This document shows positions 20,585 through 28,590 of a DNA stretch of 64,000 nt, piece by piece. Source of the DNA: Deltaproteobacteria bacterium. Lineage in GTDB: Bacteria; Myxococcota_A; UBA9160; SZUA-336. Made by a program: the position numbers and the translations under genes. The notes beneath the pieces are model-generated. The model was given only the letters and a program-made list of their open reading frames with translations. It was not told the DNA's origin and ran no database searches. The first letter of the stretch is position 1. Each line of letters begins with the position of its first letter. The stretch covers positions 54,494 to 118,493 of the forward strand of contig JANNLG010000016.1 in NCBI GenBank assembly GCA_031396695.1, given 5' to 3'.

Positions 20585-20660
20585 TCCCCGATAGCTCAGT
20601 TGGTAGAGCGGGTGGCTGTTAACCACTAGGTCGGCGGTTCAAGTCCGTCTCGGGGAGCCA
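20585..20660 (+). tRNA. tRNA-Asn (anticodon GTT)
   Basis: 76 nt with CCA: 7-bp acceptor stem TCCCCGA/TCGGGGA, D-arm GCTCAGTTGGTAGAGC, anticodon loop CTGTTAA (GTT), T-arm GGTTCAAGTCC. Closely resembles canonical bacterial tRNA-Asn. Confidence 0.85.
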
Positions 20661-20688
20661 TTTCCGAACCCGTCGCCGCTCGAGCAGG

Positions 20689-21963
20689 ATGATGAGCCCC
20701 GTCGACGTCGGCCTCGGCATTCCGGAGATCCTGCTGCCCGCGCCGGGCATCGACCTGGCGCGCTGGGCGGTGGTCGCATGCGACCAGTACACGTCGCAGC
20801 CCGAGTATTGGAAGGCCGTCGCGGAGCGGGTCGGCGACGCGCCCTCTGCGCTGCACCTGGTCCTGCCCGAAGTGTGGCTCGGCGCTCCGGACGAGGACGC
20901 GCGGATCGAAGCGATCCAGGCCCGCATGCGCGAGTACCTGGCGACGGGCGTGTTCGCGAAGCCGCTGCGCGGCTTCATCGCCGTCGAGCGCGCTACGCCG
21001 CACGTCGCCGCGCGGCGCGGCCTGATGGTCGCGCTCGATCTCGACCGCTACGACTGGCGCCCGGCCGCGCGCGCGCTCGTGCGCGCCACCGAAGCCACGG
21101 TCGAGGAGCGGCTGCCGCCGCGCCTGCGCGTGCGCGAGGGCGCGGCGCTCGAGCTTCCGCACGTGCTGGTTCTGGTCGACGATCCCGAGCGCAGCGTGAT
21201 CGAGCCGGTCGGCGAGAACGCCTCGCGCGGTGCGCCGCTCTACGACGTCGAGCTGATGGACGGCGCCGGACGCGTGCGCGGCTGGGCGGTGGCGGAGCCG
21301 GCCGAGATCGCGCGCGTCGAGCACGCGCTCGCGGCGCTCGCGCAGCCCGAAGTGCAGCGCGCGAAGTACGGCGCGAGCGACGGCGACCCGTTCCTGTACG
21401 CCTCGGGCGACGGCAACCACTCGCTCGCCGCTGCCAAGCTCTTCTGGGAGCGGCGCAAGCTCGCGCTCTCCGCCGCCGAACGCGAGCAAGACCCGGCGCG
21501 CTTCGCGCTGGTCGAGCTCGTGAACGTGCACGACCCGGGACTGCGCTTCGAGCCGATCCACCGCGTGCTGTTCGGCGTCGATCCGGACGCGCTGCTCGCC
21601 GAGCTCGCGCGCACGCGCGGCGCGGGTCCGGCCCACGCGCTGCGCTGGGTCGCAGCGACACGATCCGGTGTCGCGACGCTTCGCTCGACCGACGAGCCGC
21701 TCGCCGTGGCGGCGCTGCAGACGTTCCTCGACGAGTTCCTGGTCACGCAGCCGGACGCGCGCATCGACTACATCCACGGCGACGACGCGCTCGCGCAGCT
21801 TGCGGCCGAGCCGGGCCGGATCGGCTTCTTCCTGCCCGCCTTCGAGAAGTCCGCGCTGTTCCCGACCGTCGCTCGACGCGGTGTCTTGCCGCGCAAGGCG
21901 TTCTCGCTCGGCGAGGCCGAAGAGAAGCGCTTCTACCTGGAGGCCCGCCGGATCCGCGCCTGA
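20689..21963 (+). CDS. Conserved hypothetical protein (DUF1015-like)
   Basis: 424-aa ORF; N-terminal ILLPAPGIDLARWAVVACDQYTSQPEYW resembles the DUF1015 N-terminal signature as I remember it. Family assignment is tentative. Confidence 0.45.
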   Translation: MMSPVDVGLGIPEILLPAPGIDLARWAVVACDQYTSQPEYWKAVAERVGDAPSALHLVLPEVWLGAPDEDARIEAIQARMREYLATGVFAKPLRGFIAVERATPHVAARRGLMVALDLDRYDWRPAARALVRATEATVEERLPPRLRVREGAALELPHVLVLVDDPERSVIEPVGENASRGAPLYDVELMDGAGRVRGWAVAEPAEIARVEHALAALAQPEVQRAKYGASDGDPFLYASGDGNHSLAAAKLFWERRKLALSAAEREQDPARFALVELVNVHDPGLRFEPIHRVLFGVDPDALLAELARTRGAGPAHALRWVAATRSGVATLRSTDEPLAVAALQTFLDEFLVTQPDARIDYIHGDDALAQLAAEPGRIGFFLPAFEKSALFPTVARRGVLPRKAFSLGEAEEKRFYLEARRIRA

Positions 21964-22015
21964 CGCCGCTCGCGCGCGGTATGATCGTCGCGCGGGCCAG
22001 ACGAGGAGCGGCGAG

Positions 22016-22864
22016 ATGAGCGAGAGCGAGTTCCAGGCGATCCGCTACGAGCAGCCCGCGGCCGGCGTCGCGCGCATCGTGCTCGCGCGTCCCGAGGCGC
22101 GCAACGCGCAGGACAAGCGCATGCTCTACGAGCTGAACGCCGCCTTCGACCGCGCCGCGCGCGACAACGCGGTGAAGGTGATCGTGCTCTCGGCCGACGG
22201 GCCGCACTTTTCGTCGGGGCACGACCTGCGCGATCGCTCGAACGTCGCCGACTTCGAGCCGGTCGGAACCTGGGGCGGCTTCGATCTGCCCGGCGCCGAG
22301 GGCACCATGGCCGTCGAGCACGAGATCTACCTCGGTCTGTGCTGGCGCTGGCGGAACCTGCCCAAGCCGACCATCGCGCAGGTGCACGGCAAGACGATCG
22401 CCGGCGGGCTGATGCTGATGTGGGTCTGCGATCTGGTGATCGCGAGCGAGGACGCCACGTTCTCCGATCCGGTCGTCGCCTTCGGCGTGAACGGGGTCGA
22501 GTACTTCGCGCATCCGTGGGAAGTCGGTGTGCGCAAGGCCAAGGAGATGCTCTTCACCGGCGCGGCGATCGGCGCCGCCGAGGCGCGAACGCTCGGTATG
22601 GTGAACCAAGTGGTGCCGCTCGCTGAGCTCGAGAAGTTCACGCTCGAGCTCGCGCTTCGCATCGCGTCGCGGCCGAGCATGGGGCTCAAGCTCGCCAAGC
22701 AGTCGGTCAACCAGGCGCAGGACGCGCAGGGTTTCTGGACCGCGCTGCAGGCGGCGATGTCATTGCAGCAGCTCGGTCACTCGAACAACGCGCAGGTGCA
22801 CGGAATGCTCGTCGACCCCAGCGGCGCCGAGGTCATCCGGCGCGAAGCCAAGTCGGGCACGTGA
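22016..22864 (+). CDS. Enoyl-CoA hydratase/isomerase family protein
   Basis: Crotonase fold: VIVLSADGPHFSSGHDL and GGGLMLMWVCDLVIASEDATF. ATG 22016 preceded by AGGAG; the upstream part of the 21668 ORF is shadow. Confidence 0.75.
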   Translation: MSESEFQAIRYEQPAAGVARIVLARPEARNAQDKRMLYELNAAFDRAARDNAVKVIVLSADGPHFSSGHDLRDRSNVADFEPVGTWGGFDLPGAEGTMAVEHEIYLGLCWRWRNLPKPTIAQVHGKTIAGGLMLMWVCDLVIASEDATFSDPVVAFGVNGVEYFAHPWEVGVRKAKEMLFTGAAIGAAEARTLGMVNQVVPLAELEKFTLELALRIASRPSMGLKLAKQSVNQAQDAQGFWTALQAAMSLQQLGHSNNAQVHGMLVDPSGAEVIRREAKSGT

Positions 22865-22871
22865 GCGCGAA

Positions 22872-23957
22872 ATGAAACTCGGCGCGTTCATGATGCCCTC
22901 GCACCCGCCCGAACGAAGCATCTACGACGGCTACCAGTGGGACCTGTCGCAGCTCGAGCTGTTCGACCGGCTCGGCTTCGACGAGGCCTGGATCGGGGAG
23001 CACTTCACCGCGCCTTGGGAGCCGAATCCGGCGCCCGACCTTCTGATCGCGCAGGCGCTCATGCGCACCAAGCGCATCAAGCTGGCGCCCGGCGCGCACC
23101 TGCTGCCCTACCACCACCCGGTCGAGCTCGCACACCGCGTGGCCTTCCTCGACCACATCTCGCAGGGTCGGACCATGCTCGGAGTCGGGATCAGCGCGCT
23201 GCCGAGCGATCTCGCGCTGTTCAACGTCGACGCAGCCACCGGACAGAACCGGCGCATGACGCTCGAGTCGCTCGACATCATGCTGCGGCTCTGGACCGAG
23301 GGGCCGATCAAGTTCGACGGCGAGTTCTGGTCGGTGCGCCCGCCCGAGACGCAGTTCGACTTCCTGTCCTTGCACCTGCGCCCGTTCCAGAAGCCGCATC
23401 CGCCGATCGGGATCGCCGGCCTGTCACCTGGGTCGGAGACGCTGAAGATCGCGGGCGAGCGCGGCTTCATGCCGCTGTCGATCTCCCTCAACCTCGCGCA
23501 CACCGCGTCGCACTGGGCCTCGATCGAGGCCGGCGCCGCGCGCGGCGGCCGCACACCGGACCGCCGCGATTGGCGACTCGTGAAGGAAGTCTACGTCGCG
23601 CGTACGGACGACCAGGCGCGCCGCTTCGCGCGCGAGGGCGCGATGGGCCGCTGCTGGCGCGAGTACCTGCTGCCGTTCTACCTGGGCAGTGGCATGCACT
23701 CGAGCTTCAAGGCCGATCCGAGCCACGCGGATTCGAGCCTGGACGTCGACTACCTGATCGAGCACAGCTGGTTCGTCGGCTCGGTGCAGACGGTCATCGA
23801 CAAGATCGGCGCGCACCAGCAGCGCACGGGTGGCTTCGGCGGACTGCTCGCGATGGTCTACGACATGAGCGGAGAAGCCGAGCGCTGGTCGGAGTCGCTC
23901 GAACTGCTCACGCGCGAAGTCATGCCGCACTTCCCCGAGGAGCGGAAGATCGGCTGA
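22872..23957 (+). CDS. LLM-class flavin-dependent oxidoreductase (luciferase-like monooxygenase)
   Basis: MKLGAFMMPSHPPERS... and GEHFTAPWE, typical of the LLM family. Confidence 0.75.
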   Translation: MKLGAFMMPSHPPERSIYDGYQWDLSQLELFDRLGFDEAWIGEHFTAPWEPNPAPDLLIAQALMRTKRIKLAPGAHLLPYHHPVELAHRVAFLDHISQGRTMLGVGISALPSDLALFNVDAATGQNRRMTLESLDIMLRLWTEGPIKFDGEFWSVRPPETQFDFLSLHLRPFQKPHPPIGIAGLSPGSETLKIAGERGFMPLSISLNLAHTASHWASIEAGAARGGRTPDRRDWRLVKEVYVARTDDQARRFAREGAMGRCWREYLLPFYLGSGMHSSFKADPSHADSSLDVDYLIEHSWFVGSVQTVIDKIGAHQQRTGGFGGLLAMVYDMSGEAERWSESLELLTREVMPHFPEERKIG

Positions 23958-23960
23958 CGC

Positions 23961-24635
23961 TCAGATGTGCTTGCGCACCTGAGTCGCGACGATGCCCGCG
24001 CCGACGATCATCAGCAGCACCGAGCTCGGCTCCGGGATCGGGTTGTTCGGGCCGGGGCCGGGCGTCGGGATGCGGTTCTCGTCGATGCGCAGCCCGGCGA
24101 GCGCGAAGTCGTTGTGCTCGCCCGAATCCGGCACGAGTCGGATCGAGGTGACCCAGCGGTTCACGCGCACGCTGAGCTCGCCGTCGCTGTTCGCGTAGTC
24201 GGAGTCGAAGTTGATGTCGAAGCCGTTGCCCATGATCGAGCCGGTCTCGTCGACGCGCAGGTAGTAGCGGCCCGAAGTGCTGAGCAGCGCGATGTCCACC
24301 GAGGTCAGGAACACGGCCTGCTCGAAGCGCACCGTGAGAACCTCCGGCGAGTCGATCTGGTACGTCGAGTCAGCGCTGCAGCCGCTCACCGAGCTCGGGC
24401 AGTTGATGCCCAGGCCGTTGCCGGAGCTCCAGGTCAGGTCGCTGCCGTTCGGGCTGGCGATGAACGTGACGTCGCCGAAGGCGGAGTTCCCGCTGTAGGT
24501 GACGGTCCCGTCGTAGCCGCTCGCGATGGTCGATCCGACGGAGCGCGTCAGATTGAGGCGCGCGGCACTCGCGGTGGAACCCAACAGGGTGGCAGAGGCA
24601 GCAAGGACGACAGCAGCGGACACCAGGAAGCGCAT
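23961..24635 (-). CDS. PEP-CTERM sorting-domain protein (secreted, exosortase substrate)
   Basis: N-terminal signal peptide MRFLVSAAVVLAASATLLGSTASA. C-terminus NNPIPEPSSVLLMIVGAGIVATQVRKHI is a PEP motif + TM helix + basic tail. Confidence 0.75.
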   Translation of the reverse strand: MRFLVSAAVVLAASATLLGSTASAARLNLTRSVGSTIASGYDGTVTYSGNSAFGDVTFIASPNGSDLTWSSGNGLGINCPSSVSGCSADSTYQIDSPEVLTVRFEQAVFLTSVDIALLSTSGRYYLRVDETGSIMGNGFDINFDSDYANSDGELSVRVNRWVTSIRLVPDSGEHNDFALAGLRIDENRIPTPGPGPNNPIPEPSSVLLMIVGAGIVATQVRKHI

Positions 24636-24681
24636 AGCGAAAGTACCCTCAGAGCTGGAAGTTTGGAGACCGATCCTCGAT

Positions 24682-24697
24682 GGTGATTTGTATCACC
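24682..24697. repeat. Inverted repeat GGTGA-N6-TCACC in AT-richer promoter region upstream of the PEP-CTERM gene
   Basis: Seen directly, in the 165-bp spacer between the selenoprotein stop and the PEP-CTERM gene start. Confidence 0.4.
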
Positions 24698-24800
24698 TTC
24701 CTAACTACCCGGTCAAGCTCACCTTTTTCGAACATTCAACGTTCGGAGTGGTATGCCAGCCACACACCGGAGGCAGCGAAGCGAAGCTTCGCGAGCTCCG

Positions 24801-25325
24801 CTACTTGGCGTCGGAAATTGCCTGTAGGACCGAGTCCACGATCGCCTCCGCCTTGGCGCGCATCTCGGCGTCGGTGGCGTCCTGGATCGGGTGAGGTACG
24901 AAGACGCAGCGAACGTCGGGCAGGCCGAGTGCGCGCGCCTGACCCGCGGCGGCGTCCTCGAAGACGCTCGAGGCCACGAAAACCGACGGCCGACCCTGGA
25001 GCTCGAACCAAACTGTGTCGTGCACACTGCACGTCGTACAGGAGCCTCAATCGGCCAGGGCTTCGATCACGAAGCCGCACTCCTCTGCGATCCGGCGCCG
25101 CAGTTCGAGCGGCGCGGGCTTGGTGAACGTGGGTTTGCGGTAGCGCCGGAACGCGACGTCGGGCAATCGCTCGCGCAGTAGCTGCTCGAGCCGGTCGAGC
25201 AGCACATCGCCGCGCGGCTTGATGATGTCGAGCAACGCGACCGTGCCCGTCACGGTGCCGTGTCGAGCCGCGAGCGCGCGGCGGATCGGCACGCGCTCAT
25301 CGGTGGGATCGAGAATCGTCGTCAC
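24801..25325 (-). CDS. UGSC-motif selenoprotein (in-frame TGA at 25049..25047 read as Sec)
   Basis: ORFs 25047..26003 (C-terminal ~92 codons) and 24801..25025 are in the same frame, separated only by TGA. Read-through gives ...IAEECGFVIEALAD-U-GSCTTCSVHDTVWFEL... (Sec-Gly-Ser-Cys then CxxC). Start GTG 25325 overlaps the upstream TGA (GTGA). A hairpin lies 7 nt downstream of the UGA. Confidence 0.6.
25013..25041 (-). promoter_or_regulatory. SECIS-like hairpin downstream of in-frame UGA
   Basis: mRNA sequence CUGU-ACGA-CGUG-CAGUGUG-CACG-AC-ACAG: 4+4 bp stem with internal loop and 7-nt apical loop, starting 7 nt 3' of UGA. Position is consistent with bacterial SECIS elements. Not energy-computed. 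Confidence 0.4.
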
Positions 25326-27949
25326 CCGGAGCTTCCCTCGTCTGTTTCGATCGCGCGGGTCGTCATTACAGAGCCGAGCGGTCCCGACACCCAGCCCTGG
25401 AAGTATGCGCCGAACTTCCCCGCCTCGCCGCCCGCGACGACCAGGGTGATGTCCCCGGGCGTGCGGAACTTCGGCACGCGCGCCTCGGCGCCGAGCTTCG
25501 CGAGCAGCTCGTCGGGCAGGCCCTCGGCGCAAACGTCGTCGCGCAGCAGCTCGCGCAGCGGACGCGACGTGACCTCCTGAATGCGCGCGCGGAGCTGATC
25601 CTTCGTGAAAGCGTCGCGTTTGAAGGTGTCGACGTGCTCGGGCGGCACGACCACCACGATCTCGCCGTGCAGGTAGTGCTTGGGGTGGTTCGCCGCCTGC
25701 AGCACGAGTCCGTAGCTGGTGGCGAGCCCGCGCGCATCGCGGGACAGCTGGTCGATGAAGCCGTTCGGCGCGCCGCCGGCGAAGGCGGTGACGGTGCTCT
25801 GCTCGCGCGCGAAGCCGCGCTCGACGTGCAGCGGCGCCCAGTCGCTGCGCTCTTCGTTCTCCGCGAAGCACATCGTGAACTTGCCCGGCTGACCGAGCGC
25901 CGCGCGGTCGACCTCGCCGGGTCGACCGCCACCCAGGTTCCGCACCACGAGCTGCACCGCCCGGCCGATCGTCGCGTTGGCGCGGTTGCCCTGCCCCAGG
26001 CAATTGATTCCGGAGTTCATGCCGATGCGCGCGCGGATCGGGCCGTTCACGATCAGCACCGGCGTGGGAAAGAACGTGGTCGCCAACACGCCGTGCAGGT
26101 TGAACTCGGGCGTGCAGATCGCCTCGACCGCTGCGATCACGACTGGAAGGTAGGCGGGCTTGCAGCCCGCCATGACCGCGTTGATCGCGATCTTCTCGAC
26201 CGTCGCGGGCGCGTAGTTCGGCGCGACCTCGGCCACCACGTCCTGCGCCGCGCGGCGTGTGCCCTCGAGCATGCGCATGACACGCTCGGGTGTCGGCGGA
26301 ACGACGGGTAGCCCGTCCGTCAGGCCCTGGTCGAACAGGAACTCGAACGGATCGTCGGCGTCGCCGAGCTCGATCCGGCGCGCGCGCATCGGGCTGCTCG
26401 AGGCACGCGCCTCGAACCGCGCGGCCACTTCGGGATCGTTCGTGCGCGAGCCGCAGCCGGGGCGAAGCTCAGGTAGACGCGACCAATCGCGCGCCGGAGC
26501 GGGCGTTCCGGCGAGCTGCGCCATGCGTTCGAATAGCGCGCGCCAATCCTCGCGCGCGAAGCCGACGTAGCGAGCGAGCTCCTCGCCCCCTGCGTCGAGC
26601 AGCACTGTGGTCGGAACTGCATCGATCTCCGCGCCGAACGAGACCGTGAGCGCGGAGTCGTCGAGAAACGGCGTGCGCAGGCCGTGCTTCTCGCGCAGCG
26701 CGCGCCCGCCGTCGTCATCCTGCGAGACGATCGCCACGTCGAGCACCGTGCCGAACGCTTCGTGCGCCGCCTCGACGATCGGAAGCGTGAGCTCGCAGGT
26801 GGGACAGCCCGCGTGGGCGAACACGAGCAGCCTCGCTCGGCCCGACGGCCACACGTGCGCGCGCGCATCGGTGTCGAGCAAGCGAAACGCGGGAACCGCC
26901 GCCACGCGCGCAGTATAGCCGGAGCGCCAGCGAGCCTGCGGGGCAGGCTTCGGAGCGCGCATCTTCTCGAGCTCGTGCTTGAAGCGCTCGCACGGGTCCT
27001 CGTCGTCGACGCGCGGCGTGAACCAGATCAGATCGAACTCCGTGCCGAACTCGGCCGCGCGTAGCGACGGGTCCTGCTTCGATTCGACGGAACCGGCGGG
27101 CACCTCGCTGAAGGCGAGCGTGAGCACTCGGCGCTGCGGCTCCCGCCGAGCCAAGTAGAGCGGCACGCCGCGGTCGCGCCGGACGTGCCCCGTGCCCGCG
27201 ATCAACACGCCACCGTCGGACTCGCCCGACCCGAGTAGCGCGTCGGCGAGCGTCGCGTCGCGCGCGCGTTGCACGGCGATCATCGCGTCGACCATCGCCT
27301 CGGGCGCCATCCCGCAGTGCGCCTCGCGCACTTCGTCCGCGAACGCCCGCCGCGCCTCGTCCGACGGGGGAGGCTCGAGCGCGAGCCGCGCGCGCTCGGC
27401 GGGCGGAAGCGCGTCGAGTGAGCGAAGCCGCATCTGCGCGAGCTGCGCGCGAGCGAGATCTCCGGGCACGATCGCCAACCGCGCTGCGAGCGCCGCCGCG
27501 AAGATCGGCCGGTACAGCGCGAAGTCGGGCCAGCCGCCGTGCGCCCAGTCGAGCGCCACGGCGAGCGCGTCGGGGTCGTCGGGATGCGCCGCGATCGCGG
27601 CCTCCAACACCGCTGCGCGATCGCGGGGAATCATCTCGAACACCACGGCCGGCCGCCGTCCCGCGCCCGCGAGCGATTCGACCAGCCACGCCTGCAGCCG
27701 GTGATGGTCCGGGTTGTCGTGCTTCTCGCCCAGCAGCACGAACGCGGAGCCGCGCGCGCGCGAGAGAACGTCGGCGGGCGTGACGAAGCGACGCTGTTCG
27801 GTGTCGAGGATGCGCCCGACCAACGCGTCCTCGCGACCCAGCGGTGCCTGCCAGGCGAGCCACGGCTCTGGCACCGCTCGCGGCGCGATCGCGGAATTCG
27901 CGCAGCCAACGACGAGGCTCGCGAAGAGCAGCGCGGTGGCGAGCCGCAT
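25322..27949 (-). CDS. 876-aa lipoprotein: ChaN-family domain + TlpA-like thioredoxin (CPTC) domain + C-terminal domain of unknown function
   Basis: Single stop-free frame from ATG 27949. Lipobox LVVGCANS. ChaN motifs VLLGEKHDNPDHH and VVFEMIPRD. Redoxin segment LLVFAHAGCPTCELTLPIVEA ... VPTTVLLDAGG. Then ~430 aa with Cys-containing conserved-looking blocks (AINAVMAGCKPAYLPVVIAAV, GINCLGQGNRANATIGRA). The upstream part of the 25322..28480 ORF is shadow. Confidence 0.6.
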   Translation of the reverse strand: MRLATALLFASLVVGCANSAIAPRAVPEPWLAWQAPLGREDALVGRILDTEQRRFVTPADVLSRARGSAFVLLGEKHDNPDHHRLQAWLVESLAGAGRRPAVVFEMIPRDRAAVLEAAIAAHPDDPDALAVALDWAHGGWPDFALYRPIFAAALAARLAIVPGDLARAQLAQMRLRSLDALPPAERARLALEPPPSDEARRAFADEVREAHCGMAPEAMVDAMIAVQRARDATLADALLGSGESDGGVLIAGTGHVRRDRGVPLYLARREPQRRVLTLAFSEVPAGSVESKQDPSLRAAEFGTEFDLIWFTPRVDDEDPCERFKHELEKMRAPKPAPQARWRSGYTARVAAVPAFRLLDTDARAHVWPSGRARLLVFAHAGCPTCELTLPIVEAAHEAFGTVLDVAIVSQDDDGGRALREKHGLRTPFLDDSALTVSFGAEIDAVPTTVLLDAGGEELARYVGFAREDWRALFERMAQLAGTPAPARDWSRLPELRPGCGSRTNDPEVAARFEARASSSPMRARRIELGDADDPFEFLFDQGLTDGLPVVPPTPERVMRMLEGTRRAAQDVVAEVAPNYAPATVEKIAINAVMAGCKPAYLPVVIAAVEAICTPEFNLHGVLATTFFPTPVLIVNGPIRARIGMNSGINCLGQGNRANATIGRAVQLVVRNLGGGRPGEVDRAALGQPGKFTMCFAENEERSDWAPLHVERGFAREQSTVTAFAGGAPNGFIDQLSRDARGLATSYGLVLQAANHPKHYLHGEIVVVVPPEHVDTFKRDAFTKDQLRARIQEVTSRPLRELLRDDVCAEGLPDELLAKLGAEARVPKFRTPGDITLVVAGGEAGKFGAYFQGWVSGPLGSVMTTRAIETDEGSSG

Positions 27950-28590
27950 CAGCCCGATTCCAGGTCGACGCCCGCGAGCGCGAGTCCGATCCAGACGATC
28001 CCGAGCAGCAGCGACGCGAGCGATGCCGCCACGAACACGCGCCGATAGGCGCGGCTCGCCTCCTGTTGCGGCGCGAGCACCCCGAGCAGCCAGGCGATCC
28101 CCATCATCGAGACGACGGTGCCTGCGCCGAAGCCGGCCAGATAGAGCGACGACTCCAGCCAGGAATGCATGCCGGCGGCGGGCAGCACCGCCAGCGTGGC
28201 GCCCGTTCCGACGAGCCCGTGCAGCGTGCCGATCGAGAGCGCGGCGGTCGCGTGAATGTGAACGTGCCCCCGGCCGGCCGCGTGGGAGAAGTGGTCCACT
28301 GCGCGGCGCTGGTGCCGCAACCCCCACAGTCCGACGGCCACGAGCACGAACCCGACCAGGTAGTCGCCCGCGTCCCCGAGCAGGTCCAGGTCGAGCCAAT
28401 CTGTCGCCGAGACGACCAGCAGAGCCACCGTGATGATGCCGAGCGCATGACCGATGCCCCAGCGCAGGCCGACGACCCACGCTTTCTCGCGCGCCTCGAC
28501 CGAGAACGGCGCGAGCGCGGCGACGTGATCGGGCCCGAGCACCACGTGCCCGAAGCCGGCTGCGAGACCGGTGAAGAAGACGAGGATCAC
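27949..28590 (-). CDS. HupE/UreJ-like (or NicO-like) metal transporter membrane protein
   Basis: Polytopic membrane protein with GFGHVVLGPDHVAALAP (H-x4-G-x-DH type motif) and HVHIH. GTG start overlaps the gamma-CA stop (GTGA); stop overlaps the downstream ATG. Confidence 0.5.
   Translation of the reverse strand: MILVFFTGLAAGFGHVVLGPDHVAALAPFSVEAREKAWVVGLRWGIGHALGIITVALLVVSATDWLDLDLLGDAGDYLVGFVLVAVGLWGLRHQRRAVDHFSHAAGRGHVHIHATAALSIGTLHGLVGTGATLAVLPAAGMHSWLESSLYLAGFGAGTVVSMMGIAWLLGVLAPQQEASRAYRRVFVAASLASLLLGIVWIGLALAGVDLESG

Noticed and set aside
20585-20700. Possible integrated mobile element at tRNA-Asn
   Set aside because: No integrase or recombinase, and no direct repeat of the tRNA 3' end within the window. 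Flanking genes look like ordinary chromosomal genes.
20778-22019. 413-aa Arg-rich plus-strand ORF, and the 20626..21777 (-) ORF
   Set aside because: Alternative-frame or antisense shadows of the DUF1015-like gene and the enoyl-CoA hydratase. They are low-complexity and lack motifs.
24801-25325. Interpreting 24801..25025 and 25047..25325 as two separate small genes, or as a pseudogene broken by a stop
   Set aside because: Both pieces are in the same frame. The stop is TGA specifically, placed to create Sec-Gly-Ser-Cys followed by CxxC. A hairpin lies at SECIS distance downstream. The 3' piece would need a GTG start with no RBS if independent. Selenocysteine read-through is the more parsimonious reading, pending sel-gene confirmation.
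25326-26003. Upstream 226 codons of ORF 25047..26003 (-)
   Set aside because: Arg-rich frame shadow overlapping the ChaN-Trx-X fusion gene in another frame. Only the last ~92 codons, from GTG 25325, look protein-like and are assigned to the UGSC selenoprotein.
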